DNA of 32,000 nt from Clostridia bacterium. GTDB lineage: Bacteria > Bacillota > Clostridia > TANB77 > RGIG9151. Made by a program: the position numbers and the translations under genes. Positions 1-8,331 of this stretch are shown piece by piece (the first letter of the stretch is position 1; the number at the start of each line of letters is the position of its first letter). The notes under the pieces were generated by a model. The model saw only the letters and a program-made list of their open reading frames with translations, made no database searches and had not been told where the DNA came from. Where the stretch lies: NCBI GenBank assembly GCA_017934955.1, contig JAGBIO010000008.1, forward strand, positions 1-32,000, read 5' to 3'.

Positions 1-49
1 AGTCGCCCGTTGTAGAACGTCTGTCGGGCGATTAATAATCGCCCCTACA
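1..49. repeat. Partial inverted palindrome doublet, variant-stem member of the REP-like family
   Basis: The window opens inside the element. AGTCGCCC (1-8) is followed by a 17-nt spacer, then GGGCGATT-AAT-AATCGCCC (26-44) and CTACA (45-49). The architecture and CCCTACA tail match the main family, but the self-complementary stem is different. Confidence 0.6.
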
Positions 50-64
50 TCTTTGTTATCGTAC

Positions 65-232
65 GAGAAAAATCTAATTTGTACGGACAGCATTTATGCT
101 GTCCTAATTCTGCCTTTTCTGTGGACACAATAAATTGTGTCCCTACATATTTGGAGAAAAATGTAAGCTAATTTGTACGGACAGCATTTATGCTGTCCTA
201 ATTCTACTGGCTGCCTTTTTTGTGGACAGCAT
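65..232 (+). repeat. Tandem duplication (~89-bp units) of a REP-like palindrome doublet; the last copy is truncated
   Basis: The units span 65-153 and 154-232. Each unit starts GAGAAAAAT..TAATT, then TGTACGG and the hairpin GGACAGCAT-TT-ATGCTGTCC (85-104 and 179-198). A spacer TAATTCT..CCTTTT..TGT follows. Unit 1 then has GGACACAAT-AA-ATTGTGTCC-CTACA (123-147). Unit 2 ends after only the first arm, GGACAGCAT (224-232). Confidence 0.9.
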
Positions 233-335
233 TCGTAGTCGAAACTTCCCAATCACTTCGTTCTTGGAGTTTCTTTGCACAGGACGTACAAGCTGTTCAC
301 CTGCGGTTCACAGTGTTACGTCCGCATTGCCGCAG

Positions 336-363
336 GTGTTTTGCCTACGCAAAACACTTTTTT
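336..363 (+). terminator. Intrinsic-terminator-like hairpin, plus-strand orientation
   Basis: GTGTTTTGC (336-344), loop CTAC, GCAAAACAC (349-357), then TTTTTT (358-363). The U-tract exists only for plus-strand transcription. The same stem sequence recurs at 17792-17813. Confidence 0.6.
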
Positions 364-378
364 ACCTCATTTACTCAC

Positions 379-1065
379 TTATCTTTGCAAAAAATTTTTA
401 CTCCCTGTAGAAATTACTTTTTCTTTTGCATTTTGCTCTTTTGTTAAATAATGAAAATCAGCAGGTCGCTTTACACCAGCACCAAAAAGCGCTTGATGAC
501 AAGTATCGTCCCATTTTTCCCCCAGTTCTTCTTTCGTAAAAATAGTTTCTGTATCGATTACTACCAAAGTCCCTTCATCATTTCTTCCAACATTTGAAAA
601 CGGGTTTTCCATATCACAAACAATGATTCCGTCACTAATTAATGCGTTCATCATTTGACAAACTTCATGCCCACTCATATCAGTTTCTCCATAAATTTTC
701 ACTCTGTCCTGAATCACTACAGTTAAAACGCAGTTGCCCTCTGCATCTATAATTTCCCGTTCCAACATACTACTTAATAAATGTTTATGTTTCACCGGCG
801 AACCTTTCCTTAAATTCTGCATTCCTATTTTCAAGACAATAGAATGTTGTGATGAATCCTTTATCTCCAAACAAACTGCCGCGCTTCCCGCGCCCAAATA
901 GCTTATATCCTGTGCAAAATCAAACTCGGGATACACACTTTTTATTAATGCAAGCAATCTATCCGCCAATGTTTCATCTTTTTTTAACGCGCTTATTACA
1001 ATATTTCCTGACGAACGGGTTGTTTTTTTCGCTAATTCTATTAGTTTTTGTGCAAAATCACTCAT
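379..1065 (-). CDS. Hypothetical protein, possibly an atypical protein-kinase-like fold
   Basis: 228-aa ORF lying 16 nt downstream of the GHL10 gene, so probably in the same operon. A purine-rich AAAGGGAAAAG precedes the ATG. VLKIG ... CDMENPFSNVG ... VVIDTE loosely resemble the kinase beta3-Lys, catalytic-loop and DFG-like elements. The functional call is weak. Confidence 0.6.
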   Translation of the reverse strand: MSDFAQKLIELAKKTTRSSGNIVISALKKDETLADRLLALIKSVYPEFDFAQDISYLGAGSAAVCLEIKDSSQHSIVLKIGMQNLRKGSPVKHKHLLSSMLEREIIDAEGNCVLTVVIQDRVKIYGETDMSGHEVCQMMNALISDGIIVCDMENPFSNVGRNDEGTLVVIDTETIFTKEELGEKWDDTCHQALFGAGVKRPADFHYLTKEQNAKEKVISTGSKNFLQR

Positions 1066-1081
1066 TTCTTCTTTTCCCTTT

Positions 1082-2593
1082 CTACAAATTAATTAAAATC
1101 GTCTGATACGCTCCATACCACTCTACTACTGAATTTAACGCCTCCGAAACCGCACGTAGCGGGATTAACGTCCTCCCGTTTACCAATCTTGCCGATACAT
1201 CCAGCTTTTTCGTTGTACCGTTTACCTGCATTTCTTTCTCTCCGACCTTCAAGGAAAGCAAATCGGAACCTCTTCTTGCCGTAACTGTTTGCGAAGCCTG
1301 CTCCCAGTCCACATTCGCCTGCAACGCCTCGAAAATAGCACGCAGCGGTACCATCGTTCTTCCTGCAATCAGCAGTGGTTTTTGATCCGACAACAATTTC
1401 TTCCCATTTACGTAAATCACAATATCTCGGTCTTTATACTCTTCTTTCAGCAAACTTGACAAGGAGCTTTCCGAAATAAGCGAAGAGTACCGGTAATGAA
1501 TTTCACCCGAAACAATCTTAGCCGTATTATTCATCGTCAATTGACGCTTGATTTCCTTTCCACTATACCACACACTGCTCTTCCCGGCACCTACCGTCTT
1601 ATAATCCGCCATTCCGATATACAATTTCGTCTTACTATCCTTTAAAGTATTCGTCCACCAATCAAATAACGTCTTATAATCGGCGCTCTTATGACCTACT
1701 TCCCAGTAAATTTGTGGTGCAATATAATCAATCCATTCATTTAACGCCCATTTTCTCGTATCCGCATAATGCGAAGAATAGGACTCGGTTCCGTTAGTAT
1801 TACTGCCTAACGGATTATTTTTGGAATTTGCCCAAATGCCAAAAGGACTGATTCCGAAAGAAATATCTTTATCTGCCTTATGTAACTCGGTATTCAATTC
1901 CTGTATCAATAAATCCACATTATTCCGACGCCAATCCTCAATCGAAAGCCCTGCCCCATATTTTTGGTAAGTCGCCGCATCCTCAAAAGAAGTTCCCGGA
2001 TAAAAATAATCGTCCATATGAATACCGTCTACATCATAACGGCGCACAATTTCCAAAGCGCCTTCTACTACAAGTTTCCGGACCTCCGGAATTCCGGGAT
2101 TAAAGTAGTAGTTTCCGTCTGAATACCGAACCACATATTCCGGGTAGCGTTTCGCCGGACTACTTTCACTGATTGCGGCAAATTCACTATCTCCGTTTTT
2201 GGTAATCCGATAAGGATTAATCCACGCATGCAGCTCAATTCCACGTTTATGTGCTTCCTCTACCCAAAAAGCAAGAGGGTCAAAGCCGTTTTGAGGAACT
2301 AATCCATTCTGACCGGTAAGATACTTACTCCACGGAAAAATTTCAGAAGCATATAACGCATCCGCCGAAGGGCGCACCTGCAAAAACACTGCATTTAACC
2401 CCATACTATGTACATTATCCAAAATTTCAATTGCCTCTTGCTTTAATGTCCAACTATCTGTTGTCCCGCTTGACGGATAATCCAAGTTATAAACCGAAGC
2501 AACCCACACGCCACGCATATCATCGCTTACATACGCATTTCCGGTAGAAACCAGTAAAAGAACGCAAAGCAAACTCAGCACAATTTTTCTCAT
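1082..2593 (-). CDS. Secreted glycosyl-hydrolase-like family 10 (GHL10/YngK-type) protein with two C-terminal copper-amine-oxidase-N-like stalk repeats
   Basis: 503 aa. Signal peptide MRKIVLSLLCVLLLVSTGNA. The RGVWVASVYNLDYP opening of the TIM-barrel-like core is typical of GHL10. C-terminal repeats are GRTMVPLRAIFEAL and GRTLIPLRAVSEAL. SD GGGGAGAGG lies 5 nt upstream of the ATG. Confidence 0.85.
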   Translation of the reverse strand: MRKIVLSLLCVLLLVSTGNAYVSDDMRGVWVASVYNLDYPSSGTTDSWTLKQEAIEILDNVHSMGLNAVFLQVRPSADALYASEIFPWSKYLTGQNGLVPQNGFDPLAFWVEEAHKRGIELHAWINPYRITKNGDSEFAAISESSPAKRYPEYVVRYSDGNYYFNPGIPEVRKLVVEGALEIVRRYDVDGIHMDDYFYPGTSFEDAATYQKYGAGLSIEDWRRNNVDLLIQELNTELHKADKDISFGISPFGIWANSKNNPLGSNTNGTESYSSHYADTRKWALNEWIDYIAPQIYWEVGHKSADYKTLFDWWTNTLKDSKTKLYIGMADYKTVGAGKSSVWYSGKEIKRQLTMNNTAKIVSGEIHYRYSSLISESSLSSLLKEEYKDRDIVIYVNGKKLLSDQKPLLIAGRTMVPLRAIFEALQANVDWEQASQTVTARRGSDLLSLKVGEKEMQVNGTTKKLDVSARLVNGRTLIPLRAVSEALNSVVEWYGAYQTILINL

Positions 2594-2700
2594 TCGTACC
2601 TCTCCCCTATACTTTTCTTCTACTTATTTTTTCGCTAAAGTTATACAAAATCCTTTAGGAAAATATCTTCCAATAATAGCAGTTATATATCCGATTAAAC

Positions 2701-2878
2701 GTTACAAGTCATAATATATATCGGGACGTCGAAGACGCCGTCCTCTACAATGACGGCATAATCCTTGTAGGGACACAATTCATTGTGTCCTAAACCTACC
2801 TTCTGCCAATTTCTCGGACACCATAAATGGTGTCCCTACAAGGATTAAGGCATTATTTACGTACATTTGCATTGTAAT
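2701..2878 (-). mobile_element. MITE copy in inverted orientation that carries a nested GC-rich repeat; right boundary uncertain
   Basis: The TIR-like end GTTACAAGTCAT starts at 2701. The GC-rich repeat lies in reverse orientation at 2722-2749 (CGGGACGTCGAAGACGCCGTCCTCTACA). The palindrome doublet spans 2766-2840: TGTAGGG-GGACACAAT-TC-ATTGTGTCC, a 25-nt spacer, then GGACACCAT-AA-ATGGTGTCC-CTACA. Its inverted flanks extend as AATCCT / AGGATT. The far end is only weakly TIR-like (TGCATTGTAAT ending at 2878), and I found no TSD. Confidence 0.65.
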
Positions 2879-3008
2879 TTATTTACTATAGAACCAATTA
2901 TTGTTAGACTTTTTTTTACCCTATGCATGTCATACTTTGTACATCAAATTTATCCTTTTTCATGATTTTCTCCTACTGTAATTTTTTTAATTAATAACAT
3001 TACATCCT

Positions 3009-3218
3009 CTATGCTTTTCTTTGAACAATCAACCCATATAGCATCGTATGTAACGTTTGACGGCACAATTCGTTATGTTCTTCCATCTGTCGCGCCTCAT
3101 AACCGCCATTTTTCAAGTACGCATTTACAAAGTCCTCAAACAGCTGAAGCTGGCGGATCGCACTTTGGATACTAACTCCCTCTTGTAATGTTTCCTTTTC
3201 CAAAAAAGCAATAAGCAT
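3009..3218 (-). CDS. Small hypothetical ORF, doubtful
   Basis: 69-aa ORF with no recognisable motif. The purine tract GAAAGG abuts the ATG with no spacing. It lies in a gene-poor patch next to a MITE and may be a gene remnant or non-coding. Confidence 0.25.
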   Translation of the reverse strand: MLIAFLEKETLQEGVSIQSAIRQLQLFEDFVNAYLKNGGYEARQMEEHNELCRQTLHTMLYGLIVQRKA

Positions 3219-3272
3219 CCTTTCATTCAGTTCGTCAAAAGAAGCACGGCAAACTGCGATTCTTTCTTTTAG

Positions 3273-3890
3273 GTGCGGTTGCTAATTCACTACGTTATCA
3301 CAAAAAAGGCGTTGATGGAAAAAGCACTTGGGCAAGCGGGATACGGATGGATTCGCTTCTCACTGAATAAAGACGGTACCGAAATCATCGCTTCTGCCCC
3401 TTTGGGTAAATCTCTTGAAGAATGTGTTACTGCAATTAATGAAAGTTTTCGTTTAGGTAATGAAATTCTATCTCAAATTCTTACAGACAATATGACGGAT
3501 CTTGAAAAAATACAGGCAGCTTATCGTTATATTACGGAAAATGTTACCTATGATTTCCGCTATTATACAGATCACAGTAATATGCCTTATGAATCAATGG
3601 TAGCATTAGGTGCTTTACAAGATAATCTTGCCATCTGCGGCGGATATGCACAAAGTTTTGAAGCACTACTGGATATGCTGCAAATCGAAAATTATACAGT
3701 ATCCGGTAAATCTCATAGAGAAAACCATATGTGGAATTATGTTGTGTTGGATGGGAAAGGATACTATTGTGATCCTACCGCTGATCATGGCGGAAGAAAT
3801 AACTATTTTATGCTGTCGGAGAAAGAAATAACAGCTAACAGGGGATATTCATGGGATTCTTCCTTCCTGAAAAAAATCTCCGAAAAATAA
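3273..3890 (+). CDS. Transglutaminase-like cysteine-protease domain protein, possibly N-terminally truncated
   Basis: The Cys-His-Asp core is CGGYAQSFEALL, HMWNYVVL and YYCDPT. The ORF opens with GTG at 3273 directly after an in-frame TAG. ATG 3315 (MEKALG, with AAGG 6 nt upstream) is an alternative start. There is no signal peptide. Confidence 0.7.
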   Translation: MRLLIHYVITKKALMEKALGQAGYGWIRFSLNKDGTEIIASAPLGKSLEECVTAINESFRLGNEILSQILTDNMTDLEKIQAAYRYITENVTYDFRYYTDHSNMPYESMVALGALQDNLAICGGYAQSFEALLDMLQIENYTVSGKSHRENHMWNYVVLDGKGYYCDPTADHGGRNNYFMLSEKEITANRGYSWDSSFLKKISEK

Positions 3891-4006
3891 ATAAAATGAA
3901 CATTATCTGCGATACATTTGACAAAAATTGATTGTAATGCCTAATGTATCGCAGTAATCAGAATGGTGAGGGAAATAACGAAAATTACTTTTATCCAATC
4001 AATCAT

Positions 4007-4129
4007 TTTACAGAAGACTTCTATGATGATGCTACAAACGTTGTAGGGACAGCATTTATGCTGTCCACAGAAAAGGCAGAATTTAATAGTCCGATTCTTA
4101 ACTTAAGGACATTGAGTCTGATCTGTAAC
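4007..4129 (+). mobile_element. Decayed MITE copy
   Basis: The left end is TTTACAGAAG (first base G to T) at 4007. An intact left palindrome TGTAGGG-GGACAGCAT-TT-ATGCTGTCC spans 4042-4066. The family spacer ACAGAAAAGGCAGAATT spans 4067-4083. The second hairpin has eroded (AATAGTCCG). The right TIR TCTGATCTGTAAC ends at 4129. There is no clear TSD. Confidence 0.6.
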
Positions 4130-4152
4130 TAATAGGAAACGTCAAACATACT

Positions 4153-5187
4153 CTACCTTCCGCCGTTAAATCTTATAAATTCTTCCAAAAATTCATCAAT
4201 TACTTTTAATTTAGATTTAATCGTCACTTCAATATTAGCTAAATCAGCAATTTCTTGCAATGCAACTTTTGTTTCTATGTCTCGCACATAAATCCTCTTT
4301 GGTCTACCAAATTCAAAGAAAAAACGTACCAAAAGATCTAATGTTTCGTCTATATACTCCTGTTCGCCTTCGTAATTATTTTTATCAATCATATCTCCCT
4401 CATACATCAATTTTTTTGTATGGTCTGCTATAAATCTAATTTTAGGGAAATAAAACCTGCCGTTCTCTTTCACGTCCTTCAAACTTAACGGAAAATAATT
4501 TAAAAACTCAAATTCTATTGACATGTTTTTCTTTGGAATTTTCGTCACATCCGCCTTAAATCGTTTTTTCTCTTGCCCTTCAAAAATGATTGTACGAAGC
4601 TCTATATCCGGTACTAATAACTTGTCTATCTTATTCACATATTCCTTTTTTTCTTCATCAAAAGCTCTTATTAATGTTTCTCCTGCTTCAAAATCAATCG
4701 TAAGCTTTTCTTCTTTTATCTGTTTTAACATATTGTATAAATTACTTAAAATTTCAATCATTTTGTTTACCTGCACGCTATTTAAAGTTGCAGGTTGATA
4801 CCCTTTTTCCAAGTGTTCAAAAGAAATCCATGTACCTCTAAATCTAAGACCCAACTCCTTTATTAAGGCACGATTCTCTTTCAATGTATCTTCTCTGCTA
4901 TCAAACCTGCACATCAAACCCTCTTGATAGTTTAACATCATATAGCTTGGAAAATCGTTATCAATTAGTTCATAAAATCTATGAAGTTGCTCAGAAGTAT
5001 AAATCCCAATCGCATTTATTTCACCAAATAGCTCTATTATGCAAAAATAAAACGTTTCTTCATATTTTTTGCTCTCATATTGTAGCCATTCAAAGTCCGA
5101 TAAATACTCCTGTGGTCTTAATGCTTTTATATCTTTCGCAATTTCATATAATTTTAACCAATCATTTCGCTCTTTTAAATTCATCAT
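4153..5187 (-). CDS. Hypothetical protein (344 aa), no recognisable domain
   Basis: Long uninterrupted ORF. SD GGAGGTG lies 4-7 nt upstream of a tandem ATG ATG. The sequence is acidic and Lys-rich, with no catalytic motif that I recognise. Confidence 0.75.
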   Translation of the reverse strand: MMNLKERNDWLKLYEIAKDIKALRPQEYLSDFEWLQYESKKYEETFYFCIIELFGEINAIGIYTSEQLHRFYELIDNDFPSYMMLNYQEGLMCRFDSREDTLKENRALIKELGLRFRGTWISFEHLEKGYQPATLNSVQVNKMIEILSNLYNMLKQIKEEKLTIDFEAGETLIRAFDEEKKEYVNKIDKLLVPDIELRTIIFEGQEKKRFKADVTKIPKKNMSIEFEFLNYFPLSLKDVKENGRFYFPKIRFIADHTKKLMYEGDMIDKNNYEGEQEYIDETLDLLVRFFFEFGRPKRIYVRDIETKVALQEIADLANIEVTIKSKLKVIDEFLEEFIRFNGGR

Positions 5188-5215
5188 TCTACACCTCCAA
5201 CAACATAAATTTTCT

Positions 5216-5263
5216 TAAAAAATGTCTCTAAGGTGTGAAAATATCATAAAACGCCTTAGAGAC
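5216..5263 (-). terminator. purA intrinsic terminator
   Basis: On the minus strand, GTCTCTAAGG, a 20-nt loop and CCTTAGAGAC (a 10-bp stem) are followed by ATTTTTT. It starts 6 nt after the purA stop. Confidence 0.8.
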
Positions 5264-5269
5264 AAACTT

Positions 5270-6550
<1,281 letters not shown>

Positions 6551-6592
6551 TCATTCCCCCTGTACAAATGTATTAAAAACAACACAGTTAAC

Positions 6593-6621
6593 ATTTTACC
6601 ATTCTTTGCGATTATTGTCAA
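6593..6621 (-). promoter_or_regulatory. Sigma-A-type promoter of purA
   Basis: Minus strand: TTGACA (6621-6616), a 17-nt spacer, then an extended -10 TGG-TAAAAT (hexamer 6598-6593). This predicts a leader of about 40 nt before ATG 6547. Confidence 0.7.
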
Positions 6622-6649
6622 TTATTGCGATAATAAAGATATGACGATG

Positions 6650-6803
6650 GTTACAAGTAATACTATATCTCCTATAATACCGGTACACCCATTGTACGGA
6701 CAGCATTCATGCTGTCCTGCCTTTTTGATTTTTCCATGGACAGCATAAATGCTGTCCCTACACTATTTGTGCCATTTTTATAATTTTAAGTCTGAACTAT
6801 AAC
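6650..6803 (+). mobile_element. 154-bp MITE with a palindrome-doublet core
   Basis: The left TIR is GTTACAAGTAATAC (6650-). The right TIR is the reverse complement of ..TCTGAACTATAAC (ending 6803), which reads GTTATAGTTCAGA. The core doublet spans 6693-6762: TGTACGG-GGACAGCAT-TC-ATGCTGTCC, a 20-nt spacer, then GGACAGCAT-AA-ATGCTGTCC-CTACA. Its length equals that of the 17293-17446 copy. The flanks gACGAtGg and aACGAgGt look like a decayed TSD. Confidence 0.85.
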
Positions 6804-6810
6804 AACGAGG

Positions 6811-7209
6811 TTATATTTGATTTTTAACATACGCTTCGATTCTATTCACAAATTTAACGGCATTATCACATTGTTCTATCGCTTCTTGCCTTGAAATACG
6901 ATAAAAATCAGAATAATCACTTTGAATTTTCACAGAAAAAGCCTCCTTCGCCATTTTCGCATATTCCAATCCAATCAATCCCGTTTTAATATAATCCGAA
7001 TTAAAATTTACAAAAGCACAAGAGTGTTTCTTAAAACCAATCCCTCTTAACGCCAAAAGTACATTCATCGAATGAAATATGGCATAATACGCACAATTAA
7101 CACTATCTGTATAAACTTCACCATCCAACAACAGCTTTGCTGCATTAAGAGAATCTCTTGCTTTTTCAAGCTTATACTTTCCACACGTAATTTCCTCTTG
7201 ATTAGGCAC
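6811..7209 (-). CDS. HEPN-domain protein (putative toxin of an MNT/HEPN type VII TA pair)
   Basis: The helical HEPN-like sequence has an Rx6H motif (LRGIGFKKHS) and SDYSDFY. I place the start at GTG 7209, with AGGGAG 9 nt upstream. This gives an 8-nt overlap (GTGCCTAA) with the MNT gene stop. The ORF-track start at 7272 would overlap the MNT gene by 71 nt; ATG 7251 is another option. Confidence 0.8.
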   Translation of the reverse strand: MPNQEEITCGKYKLEKARDSLNAAKLLLDGEVYTDSVNCAYYAIFHSMNVLLALRGIGFKKHSCAFVNFNSDYIKTGLIGLEYAKMAKEAFSVKIQSDYSDFYRISRQEAIEQCDNAVKFVNRIEAYVKNQI

Positions 7210-7543
7210 ACAAATCCACTCCCTCTGCTTCAATATTCTTAAATAACGCATAAGTAGCCTTATATCTTTCATAAGTAGCCTTATCCTGAATCAAAAGAGA
7301 TAAAACAACACCATATTTCAAATCAATCTCTACTGAAAAATCCGAAAACTTCTTTATTTGTTTCTTAACTTCATCACTCGTTATATCCGCAATAATCATA
7401 ACATCTATATCAGATTCTTTATCATAGTCACCTCGTGCATAAGAACCATATAAAATAACCGAATTCAGTAAATCCCCCAATTCACTCTTAGCATATCTTA
7501 AAACATCTTCCAATATCATTCGTAACGTATCTTCCTTACACAT
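7202..7543 (-). CDS. Minimal nucleotidyltransferase (MNT) domain protein (putative antitoxin)
   Basis: 113 aa with the polymerase-beta-type signature GSYARGDYDKESDIDVMII. SD GGAGG lies 7 nt upstream of the ATG. It sits immediately upstream of, and overlaps, the HEPN gene. Confidence 0.9.
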   Translation of the reverse strand: MCKEDTLRMILEDVLRYAKSELGDLLNSVILYGSYARGDYDKESDIDVMIIADITSDEVKKQIKKFSDFSVEIDLKYGVVLSLLIQDKATYERYKATYALFKNIEAEGVDLCA

Positions 7544-7712
7544 ACTTTAACCTCCGATAATTTTCATAGTATCACTAACTATTTTCCCCTTTTTTTGCAT
7601 TTCAAAACATAGTTTGAATAAAAAAGCAGATGACCATTATCGAATTTACTAAACTTTTATGTTTATTCTATCTTTTATAAACGATGGTTTTAACGAAAAA
7701 TTTAATAAACTA

Positions 7713-7754
7713 CAAAAAATAATCGCCCTCCACTCTGAAGTACGCGATTATTTT
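7713..7754 (-). terminator. Intrinsic terminator of the 7774-8208 gene
   Basis: Minus strand: AATAATCGC, a 17-nt loop, GCGATTATT, then TTTT. It starts about 20 nt after the stop codon. Confidence 0.7.
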
Positions 7755-7773
7755 ACATTCACCGTTTTTTCAA

Positions 7774-8208
7774 TTATAAATAATTTCGAATATCTATCGC
7801 TAACTTTTCCTCTAAATTAATTAATCTCTTCGTAATATCTTTCGCTTTTTCTTCTGCCGCCTCATATTCATTCAAATAACGATTCAGCGACTTAACTCCC
7901 ATATTACAACCATCTGTAATCAAGTCACTAATTGTTTCATCCGTCGGCGCTGCCAATAATTTTGTATTTGTCTTCATCGAAGACATCATCGATGCAAACG
8001 GATTTGGCTCTTTTCCGGAATCATGATATTGATTCAATAAATTTTTAGTCTCTTCACCAAGATTCTCATGTTCCGTCTTACAATCCACCAGTCGCTGCCT
8101 TAATGTATCATTTTTTACATGTGGTAAAACTTCATCGATTGATGCTACCCCCATTTTTACACCAGCATTACACTCTTTTAATAACTGAATCGTATCATCT
8201 TCTATCAT
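7774..8208 (-). CDS. Small all-helical protein (ferritin-like/DUF2383-like four-helix bundle?)
   Basis: 144-aa ORF with its own terminator. The heptad-like helical sequence has the same general layout as PA2169/DUF2383-type proteins. That family call comes from memory of the pattern, not from an alignment. Confidence 0.65.
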   Translation of the reverse strand: MIEDDTIQLLKECNAGVKMGVASIDEVLPHVKNDTLRQRLVDCKTEHENLGEETKNLLNQYHDSGKEPNPFASMMSSMKTNTKLLAAPTDETISDLITDGCNMGVKSLNRYLNEYEAAEEKAKDITKRLINLEEKLAIDIRNYL

Positions 8209-8331
8209 AACAACACATCCTTTACAAATAGTTTCGACAAGTTTTTCAAAAATATACGAAAGAGCGTGTTGTCATAAATTTTTTTTTAATCAGAAATCGT
8301 CTTAATTAAAAGGGTTTGGAATTTTTTTGAA

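Noticed and set aside
135-447. ORF-track ORFs lying in repeat regions: 135-410, 220-447, 6383-6748, 6429-6644, 14442-14663, 14486-14797, 14587-14802, 24252-24446, 26239-26451 and 30404-30830
   Set aside because: They are translations of the palindromes and REP-B. The same peptides recur (YGQHSCCP, VRTAFMLS, SIYAVL, VGDGVLDVP, CRGRRPRRP). They have no SD, and they overlap repeats, terminators or real genes on the other strand.
7210-7272. HEPN gene start at ATG 7272 (ORF track) or at ATG 7251
   Set aside because: These starts would overlap the MNT coding sequence by 71 or 50 nt, and neither has an SD. GTG 7209 has AGGGAG 9 nt upstream and gives the short overlap typical of coupled TA genes. 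The upstream starts cannot be excluded without experimental data.
8209-8331. Terminator for guaA in the guaA to 7774-8208 spacer
   Set aside because: Only weak all-A/T complementarity is present (TTAATTA..TGATTAA), and it is followed by an A-run rather than a U-tract. I could not support a call.
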